Positions 19,182-27,995 of a stretch of DNA of 64,000 nucleotides are shown here, piece by piece; position 1 is the first letter of the stretch, and every line of letters starts with the position of its first letter. This DNA comes from a virus (taxonomy: Duplodnaviria; Heunggongvirae; Uroviricota; Caudoviricetes), in the IMG/VR virus record IMGVR_UViG_3300038450_000150. One strand, given 5' to 3'. The notes under the pieces were generated by a model. That model did not search any database, was not told where the DNA came from, and worked only from the letters and a program-made list of their open reading frames with translations. A program made the position numbers and the translations under genes.

Positions 19182-19747
19182 TATTTATCCCTCTTACCAT
19201 AATCCTTCTTACAGGGTGCTGGGACAACCTTTCCATCTGCTTGAAGCAGGACGTTTTCACATTTTCCACAGTTGTGATCACACTCTTCAAAGAAGTTGTG
19301 CGAAACCGAGATTGGGACATCTCTAATCATCATATCATCGTATCGTCCAGTTCTAATATATTTGAGTAAATGAACCTTGTCAACCTCATCTGGGATGCAA
19401 ATCTTTCTGCCTGGAAGAACTAGAACATTTGCCTCAACACGAATCTTTGGACAGGTTTGGCGGTTTCTTGAGAGAACTTCAGCATTGTAGATTATGTTTC
19501 TAATCATATTTGTATAGAGCCAGACGTTCTCTGTTATTGTGTAGCAGAGTTTGAGGATCCTGTAGATATCTGGGTGTGATAATGGCTCACCACCAGAGAT
19601 ATTGATTCTATCTATGTCCTTGTGAAGGAGAAGGAACTTCTCTATCTCTTCAAATGGAAGCGGTTTGCCCTCTGGTGTTGCAGAGGACGAGCAGACTTCA
19701 CAATCCTCTTCACAGAATTGTGTGATTTCTATTGTTACTTCAACCAA
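19181..19747 (-). CDS. radical-SAM enzyme (NrdG-like RNR activase or QueE-like)
   Basis: CEEDCEVC (C-x3-C-x2-C) plus ISGGEPL. 188 aa. nrdD lies 4.5 kb away on the same strand. Confidence 0.55.
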   Translation of the reverse strand: MVEVTIEITQFCEEDCEVCSSSATPEGKPLPFEEIEKFLLLHKDIDRINISGGEPLSHPDIYRILKLCYTITENVWLYTNMIRNIIYNAEVLSRNRQTCPKIRVEANVLVLPGRKICIPDEVDKVHLLKYIRTGRYDDMMIRDVPISVSHNFFEECDHNCGKCENVLLQADGKVVPAPCKKDYGKRDK

Positions 19748-19967
19748 CTAACTTTTCCTCCTTCTTTAATTCTCTTAATGAAACTTGACCAGCTATTCTC
19801 CATCTTTTTGCTGTTTTTGCATTGTTGAGAGCGTGTCCACAGATTGGACACCCACCTCTACCGTGTGGTACATAAGTCTGGGAAAGCATTACTGTAATAA
19901 TATCACCAGATTTTACAACTCTAATCCGTGGAGAAAATTGAGTACCCATATTAAGGCATCCTCTCAA
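19740..19967 (-). CDS. Zn-ribbon protein (75 aa)
   Basis: GGCPICGH. Confidence 0.3.
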   Translation of the reverse strand: MRGCLNMGTQFSPRIRVVKSGDIITVMLSQTYVPHGRGGCPICGHALNNAKTAKRWRIAGQVSLRELKKEEKLVG

Positions 19968-20400
19968 CTGTGACTGTCTCGTCCACCCAATTTACAGCCC
20001 ATAATTTGTATGTTACTCCAGCAGCATTGAATGTTTGGTGTAATACTGGATATATAGTTAATGTCTCTATGTCATTACCAAGAACAAAGTAAACAGTAAA
20101 AATTACCTGTTGTGAATATGTATGGTTTATTCCAGAAAGTACTAAAGTTGGATATCTTGTATAATAATTATTTAATATCATATCTCCAGTGTGCATCACT
20201 ATTGCATCAGATGGTATGGTTTCTGTATCTGCTGATACAACAGGTGTTGGTTTTTGTGGTGTATTACCCATAATACCAACAGCAAATATGCCAAAGACTA
20301 ATACACAGATTACTAAACCAAATATAAAATCTCTTACGGAGAGATTTCTTTCCTTTCTTGGTTTTTTATTTTTTGGCTTATCATCATCAATATGTATCAA
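19951..20400 (-). CDS. membrane protein (149 aa)
   Basis: Basic N-terminus followed by a TM helix. Confidence 0.35.
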   Translation of the reverse strand: MIHIDDDKPKNKKPRKERNLSVRDFIFGLVICVLVFGIFAVGIMGNTPQKPTPVVSADTETIPSDAIVMHTGDMILNNYYTRYPTLVLSGINHTYSQQVIFTVYFVLGNDIETLTIYPVLHQTFNAAGVTYKLWAVNWVDETVTVERMP

Positions 20401-20819
20401 GATACTCTCACCTTACCGTGCTTTGGTGGTCTTGTCCAGTTGAATTTCATTTTCTTAATCATTTCATATTCTAAATCAATATGAAGATCTTCTGCTGTTT
20501 GGAACAGACGGAGTGCAAGATCGGCTAAATCCTCACCAAGATGTTCGTTATCTCTCCATTTCTCAAAATCTTCTGAGACTTCAGAATGGAGATAACAAAG
20601 AGCTAGAGGAACCTGATCGTTTCCTTTGAGCCAGTGACCTAACTTAGCGTGTGTGTATTTCTGGGCTTCTCTTTGCCAACCACGAATTGAAAATCCAGTG
20701 TAATGTTTTTCAAACCACTGGTTGTACGCTTCTATATGACAGGATGGACAAGGACAAAGCTGCTCACCAGATTCTGGATTATATAGGTAGTTTCTATCAG
20801 CACAAAGTAGACAGGTCAA
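20397..20819 (-). CDS. Zn-finger protein (140 aa)
   Basis: CLLCAD...CPCPSCH. Confidence 0.35.
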   Translation of the reverse strand: MTCLLCADRNYLYNPESGEQLCPCPSCHIEAYNQWFEKHYTGFSIRGWQREAQKYTHAKLGHWLKGNDQVPLALCYLHSEVSEDFEKWRDNEHLGEDLADLALRLFQTAEDLHIDLEYEMIKKMKFNWTRPPKHGKVRVS

Positions 20820-21052
20820 TCAATACCACCTCTGAAACAGATTGCCTGTTCATTTAAATTAATAAGATCTCGAAGTGATAATGGAAGTAAATGGAATGGA
20901 AGTGTGGTTATAACTATAACTTTTTTGACCTTGAGTTTTTTCATCAGTTCTTGATAGTTCACTGGAACAGACATTCTTTCTGGAAGTAAATCTGCCGTAT
21001 CGAGCAGAAGCGCATACTCACCTTTGTATTTGATTTTATCCAAACAAAGCAC
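20816..21052 (-). CDS. hypothetical protein (78 aa)
   Basis: ORF. Confidence 0.25.
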   Translation of the reverse strand: MLCLDKIKYKGEYALLLDTADLLPERMSVPVNYQELMKKLKVKKVIVITTLPFHLLPLSLRDLINLNEQAICFRGGID

Positions 21053-21383
21053 CTCTCATTACGAGAATATTTACATATGCACAGTGGTATCTACCAAAGG
21101 CATAAATTAATGGACTAAGGAAAAAAAGATATTTATATTTGAGATCAAGTCGCATAAATACCCAGCACATAAAGATAATTGAGCCTGTGCAAGCAAACTC
21201 AAGGAGCATCCAAGTTCCATTCTGCATACCTATTAGCACCAATGGATTCATCTCATAAGTTCCTTGTATTTGCAAACCAAAATGGGTTGTTAGAATGTCA
21301 GCCAATGCACCAAGGATAACTACTGAATAGACAACTATCTCTGAAGTAGTAATTTGCTTTTCATTCTTGGCAAATCTTATCAA
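21036..21383 (-). CDS. membrane protein (115 aa)
   Basis: Three predicted TM segments. Confidence 0.3.
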   Translation of the reverse strand: MIRFAKNEKQITTSEIVVYSVVILGALADILTTHFGLQIQGTYEMNPLVLIGMQNGTWMLLEFACTGSIIFMCWVFMRLDLKYKYLFFLSPLIYAFGRYHCAYVNILVMRGALFG

Positions 21384-21565
21384 AGTTCATCTACCTTCAA
21401 TGGGATTTGTTTTCGCTCCATTGGATGTAGGAGATTGATATGATTTTCCCTGAGATAGTGGGATGGAAAAACTTTCGTACAAAAAGGACATTTGTATTCC
21501 GTTTTGAATTCAAACTTTTCGCCTGGAATTACGGACACAAAATGTTCCTCCTCTCGTTTACTCAT
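21380..21565 (-). CDS. C2H2 zinc-finger protein (61 aa)
   Basis: YKCPFCTKVFPSHYLRENHINLLH follows the C-x2-C-x12-H-x4-H pattern with a conserved Phe. Confidence 0.4.
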   Translation of the reverse strand: MSKREEEHFVSVIPGEKFEFKTEYKCPFCTKVFPSHYLRENHINLLHPMERKQIPLKVDEL

Positions 21566-22068
21566 TTAGACTTGTCCTCTTTTAACTTCTTGATTGATTC
21601 TGAAAAAATCTTGGCTTGCTCTTTATGCCTAGTCCAAGACGGTGAATATTTTACAGTTCCATCCTTATCTTGAAGGAATTGACATCCACACTTTTTACAC
21701 TCTCTCCAATATGGCATAACTGCACCAATTATTGGATCATATGGATGTTGCTTGTTGTACGCTCGATTCATCTGATTCATCGTTGGATCTTCCCAATCGA
21801 TATCGTCTGAGTCACAATTTGGACACTTCAACTTTTTTTCCAGCCTCTTGACCACTGGCTTATTAGCATTCGGAGTTAAATTCTTTCCGCACCGCTTACA
21901 CTCCAAGATGTCTGCTCCTTGATGACCTGGAGCCCAAAAAGTATGCACCCATTGGCTCTCCCTATGTGAGCAAGTATCTTGCATTTCTTTTATCTCTAGA
22001 TCACGCTGTGTTTCTATTGGCTTGATCATTTCTTGGTACTTGTTCCATATTCTAGTATATTCAGACAT
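21562..22068 (-). CDS. multi-Zn-ribbon protein (168 aa)
   Basis: Three CxxC pairs: CKRCGK, CPNCDSD, CKKCGC. Confidence 0.4.
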   Translation of the reverse strand: MSEYTRIWNKYQEMIKPIETQRDLEIKEMQDTCSHRESQWVHTFWAPGHQGADILECKRCGKNLTPNANKPVVKRLEKKLKCPNCDSDDIDWEDPTMNQMNRAYNKQHPYDPIIGAVMPYWRECKKCGCQFLQDKDGTVKYSPSWTRHKEQAKIFSESIKKLKEDKSK

Positions 22069-22264
22069 TTTTCATCGGTTCCCTTTCTATATGGTTGCAC
22101 TTTGGGCATACCCAAGCGTGTTCTCCAGAGGCTCTGAAATTTCCAAGTCCTTTTTGAATAGTGTCTAAGATGTAATTCATTTTATGACCACAATTCTTAC
22201 ACTCTCTTTCAGGGAAATGGAATGCTCCACAACGACCAACAGATGCCATTTTCAAATACACCAA
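22061..22264 (-). CDS. Zn-ribbon protein (67 aa)
   Basis: CKNCGH...CPKCNH. TTTATAAA at 22300. Confidence 0.3.
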   Translation of the reverse strand: MVYLKMASVGRCGAFHFPERECKNCGHKMNYILDTIQKGLGNFRASGEHAWVCPKCNHIEREPMKNV

Positions 22265-22309
22265 TTCGGGTTTTTCTAATTATTAAGGTACAGTTTATAT
22301 TTATAAATA

Positions 22310-22726
22310 TTATGAAATACTATTATTAATTATCTTCCTGAGTTCATCTGCCTCTTTGGTGTAACCTTCTTTTTCACATATCTTGGCCACAGCATCATAG
22401 AGGGGAATATCCCTTGGCATTAATTTGAAGGAATATGGGTTTGCACTTGTTTGTACTTCAAAATTGGCTCGGAAGTATGGACTTTTAACATAGATTAGAC
22501 CGACTATGATACAGGTTACTGGACCGATTGCAAATCCTATTGTTAGAAAAATTGGGAAATTGGGGAATATTATTTTTAATGCTGGTATGTTCACAATATC
22601 AAGATAAAATGCAACAGAGGCATAGTTGAAGAGTGTTAGAGGGAGAGCAACGAGAGCATATCCCTGGGTGAATAGAAAAAGCCAGTTGTGTCTAGTTTGT
22701 TTTAGCTGATCTATATTTTGCGTCAA
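22310..22726 (-). CDS. membrane protein (138 aa)
   Basis: Several hydrophobic helices. Confidence 0.35.
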   Translation of the reverse strand: MTQNIDQLKQTRHNWLFLFTQGYALVALPLTLFNYASVAFYLDIVNIPALKIIFPNFPIFLTIGFAIGPVTCIIVGLIYVKSPYFRANFEVQTSANPYSFKLMPRDIPLYDAVAKICEKEGYTKEADELRKIINNSIS

Positions 22727-22958
22727 ACTGTTTCATCCTTTCTTCTATTGCTTTTGTTTTCGCTATTTGTTTCTGTAATACATTATCTCTTAGGTTGTCA
22801 AGAATATCTATTAACTCAGTATCGGTTGGGCCATCATATGGTTGCCATACTTCACCATAGTTTAGATTAACATCAAGCACAAGAGGCTTTAGTTTTTCCT
22901 CTAGCCGTTCCCTCATCTCAGATGGATAATCAATCACAAGAACAAGTGTTTTGTTCAA
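22692..22958 (-). CDS. hypothetical protein (88 aa)
   Basis: ORF. Confidence 0.3.
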   Translation of the reverse strand: MNKTLVLVIDYPSEMRERLEEKLKPLVLDVNLNYGEVWQPYDGPTDTELIDILDNLRDNVLQKQIAKTKAIEERMKQFDAKYRSAKTN

Positions 22959-22961
22959 GTT

Positions 22962-23417
22962 TTACAGCTTCCAGAATGGCATATGCTTCGTTTCTTCCCT
23001 TTTAGGAGTTACCTTCTCAGGGGCATTGGAGTTGTCTTGAACTGGAAAAGTAGATTGTTCCTGTTTCTCAGGCTCTTTTTCCTCTTCTTTATCTTCCTCT
23101 TTATCCTCTTCTGTTTCTTCTTCCTCTTCTGGCTCTTCAAATTGTACCTCAACTATGAACCCTGAATCAAACACAAACATAATGTCCTCCTCATCATCAT
23201 CCATAGTTGTCAAAATTGCAGCATTAAAGAGTCCAGATAGTATGCCTAGGGAAGAATTAAATGAACCGCCTGAGTTTTCTAGTTGTTTTGCAACTTCTTC
23301 ATATTTTCCAATATATTTAATTGAGATATCTGTATCACTATAATCAAATCGGTTGATTTTTTCTGAATCAGTAAATCTTATGCCTTTCATATAAACAGTG
23401 AGTGTCATATTTACCAC
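22962..23417 (-). CDS. hypothetical protein with poly-acidic tract (151 aa)
   Basis: EEPEEEEETEEDKEEDKEEEKE low-complexity run. Confidence 0.35.
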   Translation of the reverse strand: MVNMTLTVYMKGIRFTDSEKINRFDYSDTDISIKYIGKYEEVAKQLENSGGSFNSSLGILSGLFNAAILTTMDDDEEDIMFVFDSGFIVEVQFEEPEEEEETEEDKEEDKEEEKEPEKQEQSTFPVQDNSNAPEKVTPKREETKHMPFWKL

Positions 23418-23746
23418 TCTGGTTTGGTTGTATAACTCTTAGAGGCATCGTGCCTGTGATTCTTGAACTTATTTTCAAGGTTGGTTAGAGTGCCATCCAA
23501 CTCATTTAGTTCGGTTGCAAACAATGGACCAAACCAATCTCGATGAACAAGCCCTAGCCTGTCAGCTATCACACCTCTCAGGACATCGTATCTTACCATA
23601 TCCTTTATTATTTCACCATCCATAGTCTTATCAAACTCTTCAAAAAGTTTGAGTGTTGGAAGGTTCCAAACTTGATTGTACACAGTTCGTTCATCTTCAT
23701 TCATATTTGAAGTGAAGAATGGGAACTCATAATCTGGTTTTGACAT
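23411..23746 (-). CDS. hypothetical protein (111 aa)
   Basis: ORF. TATA at 23806. Confidence 0.35.
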   Translation of the reverse strand: MSKPDYEFPFFTSNMNEDERTVYNQVWNLPTLKLFEEFDKTMDGEIIKDMVRYDVLRGVIADRLGLVHRDWFGPLFATELNELDGTLTNLENKFKNHRHDASKSYTTKPEW

Positions 23747-23817
23747 TTAGATTACCTTGGATTCCGCTTAGGCGGTGACTCCAGTGAATGTAATCAGTCA
23801 AATCTTTATAAATATTA

Positions 23818-24099
23818 TTATTTAATTTCAAGTTCCTTGATTTTTTGTATAGCATTATCCATCTGTTTGATAGTGAATTCTAAGCGCATTCTGTATCCTG
23901 CTGCTTCTAATGGTAGACCACCAGCCATAAGAGTAAGACCAAATAACCTGTTTTGGGATTTTAGTGGTTTTATGAACTTCTCGTCCAGTTCATTTAGAAC
24001 GATTTCTTGTTTCTTTACTTGATTTAGATAATGAACGTATAATGTCTTTGTATTTTCGAGTTGGGTCACGATTAGATCTCTATCTTCCTTAGTAACCAT
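23818..24099 (-). CDS. hypothetical coiled-coil protein (93 aa)
   Basis: ORF. TATA at 24129. Confidence 0.3.
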   Translation of the reverse strand: MVTKEDRDLIVTQLENTKTLYVHYLNQVKKQEIVLNELDEKFIKPLKSQNRLFGLTLMAGGLPLEAAGYRMRLEFTIKQMDNAIQKIKELEIK

Positions 24100-24171
24100 T
24101 GTAGTCTACCTGATAAAGGAACATAGAATTTATAAATATTTGGAAATTATATGACATTTCTCTGGAGTAGA

Positions 24172-24513
24172 TTACTTCCGTAAATTGGTGATTTCTTGTG
24201 CCTTGCATCTACAGAGTAGACAACGTGTCATTAGTTCTACTCCATTTTTCTCAACATCAACTTTGCCAGCAATGAGTTTTAGTTTATAGGAATTGGAAAT
24301 CGGTGTGTTGTGATTCATTCCACGTGCAAGCATTTCCTTGACTATCTCATCGTGACGTGTGCGGATATGGTGAACTTCAACCAAACCATTTTGGATATAT
24401 CCTTCAATGCTCTTTCCTTTCTCGATGCAACCAACAAACATATGGAGTTCGAGATGTTCACCAAGAAGGTGCTTGTCACACATCATCTGGGGTGGGATCA
24501 TCCACATTCTCAT
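24172..24513 (-). CDS. denV: pyrimidine-dimer DNA glycosylase (T4 endonuclease V / DenV-like)
   Basis: N-terminus MRMWMIPPQMMCDKHLLGEHLELHMFVG parallels T4 endoV [29 protein letters not shown]. 113 aa. Confidence 0.6.
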   Translation of the reverse strand: MRMWMIPPQMMCDKHLLGEHLELHMFVGCIEKGKSIEGYIQNGLVEVHHIRTRHDEIVKEMLARGMNHNTPISNSYKLKLIAGKVDVEKNGVELMTRCLLCRCKAQEITNLRK

Positions 24514-24553
24514 ATGATGAAAAAGAGGCTGAGTGAACTTATAAATAATTGGG

Positions 24554-24757
24554 TTACTCGATTACGTTTCCATATCTGTCTCTTTTCTTCAATCTCCAAA
24601 TATAGAGTTCGTGATGCTTGCCATATGGGGTTTCAGTGCTTATAATATGAGTTTGCCATTCTGGGTGCTTCTTTTTTATCTTTGTGGCCACTTGCTTGGC
24701 ACTGCTGAGAGTCTTGTACCAGGCATAGTACTTGTATTTATTGAAAAACCCAACCAT
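24554..24757 (-). CDS. hypothetical basic protein (67 aa)
   Basis: ORF. Confidence 0.3.
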   Translation of the reverse strand: MVGFFNKYKYYAWYKTLSSAKQVATKIKKKHPEWQTHIISTETPYGKHHELYIWRLKKRDRYGNVIE

Positions 24758-24961
24758 TTACTTCACCCATTTATGCTTGATTCTTCCGAGCTCACCTAGA
24801 TGGATGCGTTCTGCACTGATTATGCGACCAATGGTCATTGCTTCTTCAGAATAACCACCTTTTTCTAGGTTGGCTTGGAATTTCTTATAGTCTGCTATAA
24901 CTTGTTTCTCCGAAACACGTATAGCATGTTCGAGTTGTTTTCTTAGAGTTGCATTCACCAT
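24758..24961 (-). CDS. small protein, paralog A (67 aa)
   Basis: Similar to the adjacent ORF (…ELGRIKHKWVK versus …ELAEIKRKWMRMK). Confidence 0.35.
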   Translation of the reverse strand: MVNATLRKQLEHAIRVSEKQVIADYKKFQANLEKGGYSEEAMTIGRIISAERIHLGELGRIKHKWVK

Positions 24962-24962
24962 A

Positions 24963-25172
24963 TTACTTCATCCTCATCCATTTTCTCTTGATCTCTGCAA
25001 GTTCTCTACGATGAACTTCCTCTTCTCGTCTGATTTCAATGATTTTACGTGCTTCTTCCACTCTGCCATTTGCCAAAAGATGAGTATAGAATTTGTTATA
25101 GCCACGTATGGCCACAATCTCACCACGATCATTGCTGGCAAGTTCCCTAAACTCTGATTTACTAGGTTTCAT
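24963..25172 (-). CDS. small protein, paralog B (69 aa)
   Basis: Tandem duplicate of 24758-24961. Confidence 0.35.
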   Translation of the reverse strand: MKPSKSEFRELASNDRGEIVAIRGYNKFYTHLLANGRVEEARKIIEIRREEEVHRRELAEIKRKWMRMK

Positions 25173-25332
25173 TTCAATCTCTCCCCACAGAATGGACAGT
25201 GAAGTCCACCGTTTGGAACGTATTTGTAGACATAACTACCCTTTTTGAAGAGATGTTTGTTCTTACAAACTTTATCCTTTCTAATCTGAATACGTGTTCT
25301 TGGTGAACCTTCATCATACTTGAGTCTCTTCA
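25168..25332 (-). CDS. mini Zn-ribbon protein (about 54 aa), below the ORF-track threshold
   Basis: Own translation: MKRLKYDEGSPRTRIQ...HCPFCGERLK. Confidence 0.25.
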
Positions 25333-25356
25333 TTTTTACATCTCCTAATTTATCAT

Positions 25357-25629
25357 TTAATTGCCTCTAGTATTATGGAAGCCTTTTGCTCCTTTTTTCC
25401 TCATCCTTATCCTGTCAAGACGAAGCACTTCATTTGCATATTGAAGTGGGCCATCGTAGGTGAGATACCAGAAGTGTTTGCTTGGAGTCATTGACCACTC
25501 GATAGATGCCTGACCGTGTGGTGTCTTGTAGTATGAAGCATAATTTGTGTGCTTGTCCTGGTAGGGATCGTTGACGGTTTCCTTTTCTTGACGGACATAC
25601 TTTACTTTTGGATTTGTCATATTTATCAC
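25357..25629 (-). CDS. small basic protein (90 aa), array member
   Basis: ORF. Part of the tightly packed 25.2-30.2 kb operon. Confidence 0.35.
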   Translation of the reverse strand: MINMTNPKVKYVRQEKETVNDPYQDKHTNYASYYKTPHGQASIEWSMTPSKHFWYLTYDGPLQYANEVLRLDRIRMRKKGAKGFHNTRGN

Positions 25630-25832
25630 AGTTTTAGGAACGCTTCTATCATTGCTCTGCTAAATCCTTCCTTTTTAGCATTGATAGCAAAGACTTCTTT
25701 CTTGTCAAGACGCTTTGGAACAGTGCCACCATATATTGAGGTTGGATAACTGTTTTGCCAAACTCTCTGCATACGATCTGCTTTTGTCTTTCCATATTTC
25801 TTTACGAAACGCTGTTCATCATCAAAACCCAT
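25626..25832 (-). CDS. small basic protein (68 aa), array member
   Basis: ORF overlapping its neighbours by 4 nt. Confidence 0.35.
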   Translation of the reverse strand: MGFDDEQRFVKKYGKTKADRMQRVWQNSYPTSIYGGTVPKRLDKKEVFAINAKKEGFSRAMIEAFLKL

Positions 25833-25843
25833 TTCATTTCCAC

Positions 25844-26065
25844 CTACATAGTATATCTGCTTTGATTCCAGAATAGCTTTTTAATACTCTTCTGGGGTCT
25901 GAGTTTATCTTTTGGAACCCTGACAACGTACAGCCCATTTGGTAATTGGTAGATGGTGTGTTTCCACTCTTTGGAAACTCTCTTAGATACTTCAATTGAG
26001 AGTGTGGCTAACCACTTACTTTTATCACGAACAATCGCTTCTTGACTTATTTTTCGTATGGTCAT
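25844..26065 (-). CDS. small basic protein (73 aa), array member
   Basis: ORF. Segment YQLPNGLYVVRVPKD. Confidence 0.35.
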   Translation of the reverse strand: MTIRKISQEAIVRDKSKWLATLSIEVSKRVSKEWKHTIYQLPNGLYVVRVPKDKLRPQKSIKKLFWNQSRYTM

Positions 26066-26214
26066 TTGCTTTTCCTCCTAACTTTTCTAACTACTCCGAA
26101 CTTGATATCTAAATCAGAAATCCTGTATAGTGATGCAGGATATTCTTTATGTAAAAATTCCAATGCTTGTTTATAGTTTTTTGCCATAACTCTGACAGAT
26201 TGGTAAGTTGTCAT
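26062..26214 (-). CDS. mini basic protein (about 50 aa), array member, below the ORF-track threshold
   Basis: Own translation MTTYQSVRVMAKNYKQALEFLHKEYP... ATGA overlap with the next gene. Confidence 0.25.
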   Translation of the reverse strand: MTTYQSVRVMAKNYKQALEFLHKEYPASLYRISDLDIKFGVVRKVRRKSK

Positions 26215-26217
26215 TTT

Positions 26218-26415
26218 TTATTTTCTCCTATATTCTTTCTGGTATTCTTTACGTAGACGCTTGTCTATGTATGTGTAAGTCTTGCCACAGTATGGACAAC
26301 CAACTTTGCAGAAGCCACTTGCAGACATTTCACTCCAGCCCTCATCGGGTTTAAGGTGTCTATGGCAGTACGGACAAGTGCCTGTCTTGTTCTCTGAAAC
26401 CCTTTTCATTACCAT
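26218..26415 (-). CDS. Zn-ribbon basic protein (about 65 aa), array member
   Basis: CPYCHRH...CPYCGK. Start trimmed to the internal Met to avoid overlapping 26417-26686. Confidence 0.35.
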   Translation of the reverse strand: MVMKRVSENKTGTCPYCHRHLKPDEGWSEMSASGFCKVGCPYCGKTYTYIDKRLRKEYQKEYRRK

Positions 26416-26416
26416 T

Positions 26417-26686
26417 TTACTTCCAGTTCCCCTTTTTGTACCAGCTTGGATATGAGTGCTTATTCTTATACTGTACAAGGTAATGCTTTGGATCGTATTT
26501 TGGTCTTGAGTGAGATATACTTACTCTTAACATATCGCCCCTGTGTTTTGCATTGTCAGCAACTATCTTAGCTTCTTCATATGTTTCGGCTGTGAACACT
26601 AACTTGTTTGCCTTTCCCTGGGCTTTACCCCATCCAGACAAAAATTTGTCTGTCATTGTGACCCAATACTTGTAAGTTGTGACCAT
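26417..26686 (-). CDS. small basic betaalphabetabeta-like family protein (89 aa)
   Basis: KLVFTAETYEEAKIVADNAKHRGDMLRVSI...HYLVQY fits the family pattern shared with 26846, 27067, 27295, 27585, 27798 and 28592. Confidence 0.4.
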   Translation of the reverse strand: MVTTYKYWVTMTDKFLSGWGKAQGKANKLVFTAETYEEAKIVADNAKHRGDMLRVSISHSRPKYDPKHYLVQYKNKHSYPSWYKKGNWK

Positions 26687-26839
26687 TTACTTTTTCGCTC
26701 TCCTAAGATGAACTTGCGTAGGCTTGTATGTTGTCCCGTCTGTGAACTTCTTACGTGCCTCTCTTGCACTATCAGCAACTACTTTGTGCCATCTTCCACC
26801 CCTGTGGGGATATTTTAACTCATAAACGTGTTTGGTCAT
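26687..26839 (-). CDS. mini basic family protein (about 50 aa), below the ORF-track threshold
   Basis: Own translation MTKHVYELKYPHRGGRWHKVVADSAREARKKF... carries the same AxxxA / basic helix motif. Confidence 0.3.
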   Translation of the reverse strand: MTKHVYELKYPHRGGRWHKVVADSAREARKKFTDGTTYKPTQVHLRRAKK

Positions 26840-26845
26840 TTTATG

Positions 26846-27064
26846 TCATTTCTCCTTGACTACTGCATAGAGGACATATGTCCTTTTATCATATCTGTCT
26901 TTCGGTTTGGTGGATGGAAACATAACTATTCTGGTATAAAATCCACCTTTTTTCCAGTGTTTTGCAGCGTGTTCAATAGATGATTTTGTTGGGTGATCGG
27001 CAACTTTAAGATATGTTCTATGACCGAATTTTTTAGTTATTGGGATACGTGGAAGTCTTTTCAT
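26846..27064 (-). CDS. small basic betaalphabetabeta-like family protein (72 aa)
   Basis: TYLKVADHP...AAKHWKKGGFYTRIV...TYVLYAV. Confidence 0.4.
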   Translation of the reverse strand: MKRLPRIPITKKFGHRTYLKVADHPTKSSIEHAAKHWKKGGFYTRIVMFPSTKPKDRYDKRTYVLYAVVKEK

Positions 27065-27066
27065 TT

Positions 27067-27294
27067 TTAGCGTTTCTCCTTATTGGCTGTGTAGAGGATA
27101 TAATACATCTTGCCTCTCATATTTTTGAGTTTAGGATCATTACCACGATATGGACCTGCCTTGACCACACGTGCCATCATACCATCTTTGCGCCTTCTCT
27201 CGGCTGTCTTTTGCATCTCACGTTTGGAGAAGTCTGAGTCATCTAGATAGAAGTGCTTACCGCCTATCCATTTTGTGCTCTGTGGTTTTCTCAT
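27067..27294 (-). CDS. small basic betaalphabetabeta-like family protein (75 aa)
   Basis: FYLDDSDF...AERRRKDGMMARVV...YYILY. Confidence 0.4.
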   Translation of the reverse strand: MRKPQSTKWIGGKHFYLDDSDFSKREMQKTAERRRKDGMMARVVKAGPYRGNDPKLKNMRGKMYYILYTANKEKR

Positions 27295-27615
27295 TTAGAA
27301 TCCTCCGATATCATATGCACTCCAAGACTTCTTTCTCTTAGATCCTTCAACATATCTCTTATAAAGGACATAAAGTGTGGCTTTGCGTTTTCCATCCTTA
27401 GCCTTGAATGGTTTGACTATTTCATTTCTAAGTCCAGCTTCATTTGTGTGCTTTGCCCACCTTTTAGCAACGTCACTATAGAATGTGTAACTTGAGATCA
27501 CAACATCATATTTCTTTCCACGATGAATTACGTGCTCAGGAACTTTGAAGGTGAAACCACCATATTCAATTGTTTCCATATTTATCAGTACTCCTTCCAG
27601 ATGTAGACTGCCCAC
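27295..27615 (-). CDS. small basic family protein (106 aa)
   Basis: YDVVISSYTFYSDVAKRWAKHTNEAGLRNEIV...TLYVLY. Confidence 0.4.
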   Translation of the reverse strand: MGSLHLEGVLINMETIEYGGFTFKVPEHVIHRGKKYDVVISSYTFYSDVAKRWAKHTNEAGLRNEIVKPFKAKDGKRKATLYVLYKRYVEGSKRKKSWSAYDIGGF

Positions 27616-27797
27616 ATAGTGTGGGTCACTCCACCAACTTTTACCATTCTTGCGAGATAGCCTTTCTTCCTATATTTGGTTGCTCCTTCCTTTGCCTGAG
27701 TCTTTAATCTATAAAGACGTATGGGATGGAATAAGTGCTTACCAAATTTTCTAGAAGTGACAACCTTGTCAAACTCAGAACCGTGATATCTCACCAT
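27585..27797 (-). CDS. small basic betaalphabetabeta-like family protein (70 aa)
   Basis: LYRLKTQAKEGATKYRKKGYLARMV...WAVYIW. Confidence 0.4.
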   Translation of the reverse strand: MVRYHGSEFDKVVTSRKFGKHLFHPIRLYRLKTQAKEGATKYRKKGYLARMVKVGGVTHTMWAVYIWKEY

Positions 27798-27995
27798 TTA
27801 CTTTTTCCTCCTGAATACCATAACGTACTTCTGGCCACTCTTTTGAGTGTAAGTAGGAACAAGCCTGACGCTCCAGCCTTCAGCCTTCAGTTTTTCCTTG
27901 TGATATGGTGCTGTACCTTTTTGTGTAGTGACATAGAGATGGTAGATTTTACCATCAATCACTTTCTCCGAACCGATTAGCCTTCTTTTTCCCAT
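27798..27995 (-). CDS. small basic betaalphabetabeta-like family protein (65 aa)
   Basis: YHLYVTTQ...KEKLKAEGWSVRLV...YVMVF. Confidence 0.4.
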   Translation of the reverse strand: MGKRRLIGSEKVIDGKIYHLYVTTQKGTAPYHKEKLKAEGWSVRLVPTYTQKSGQKYVMVFRRKK

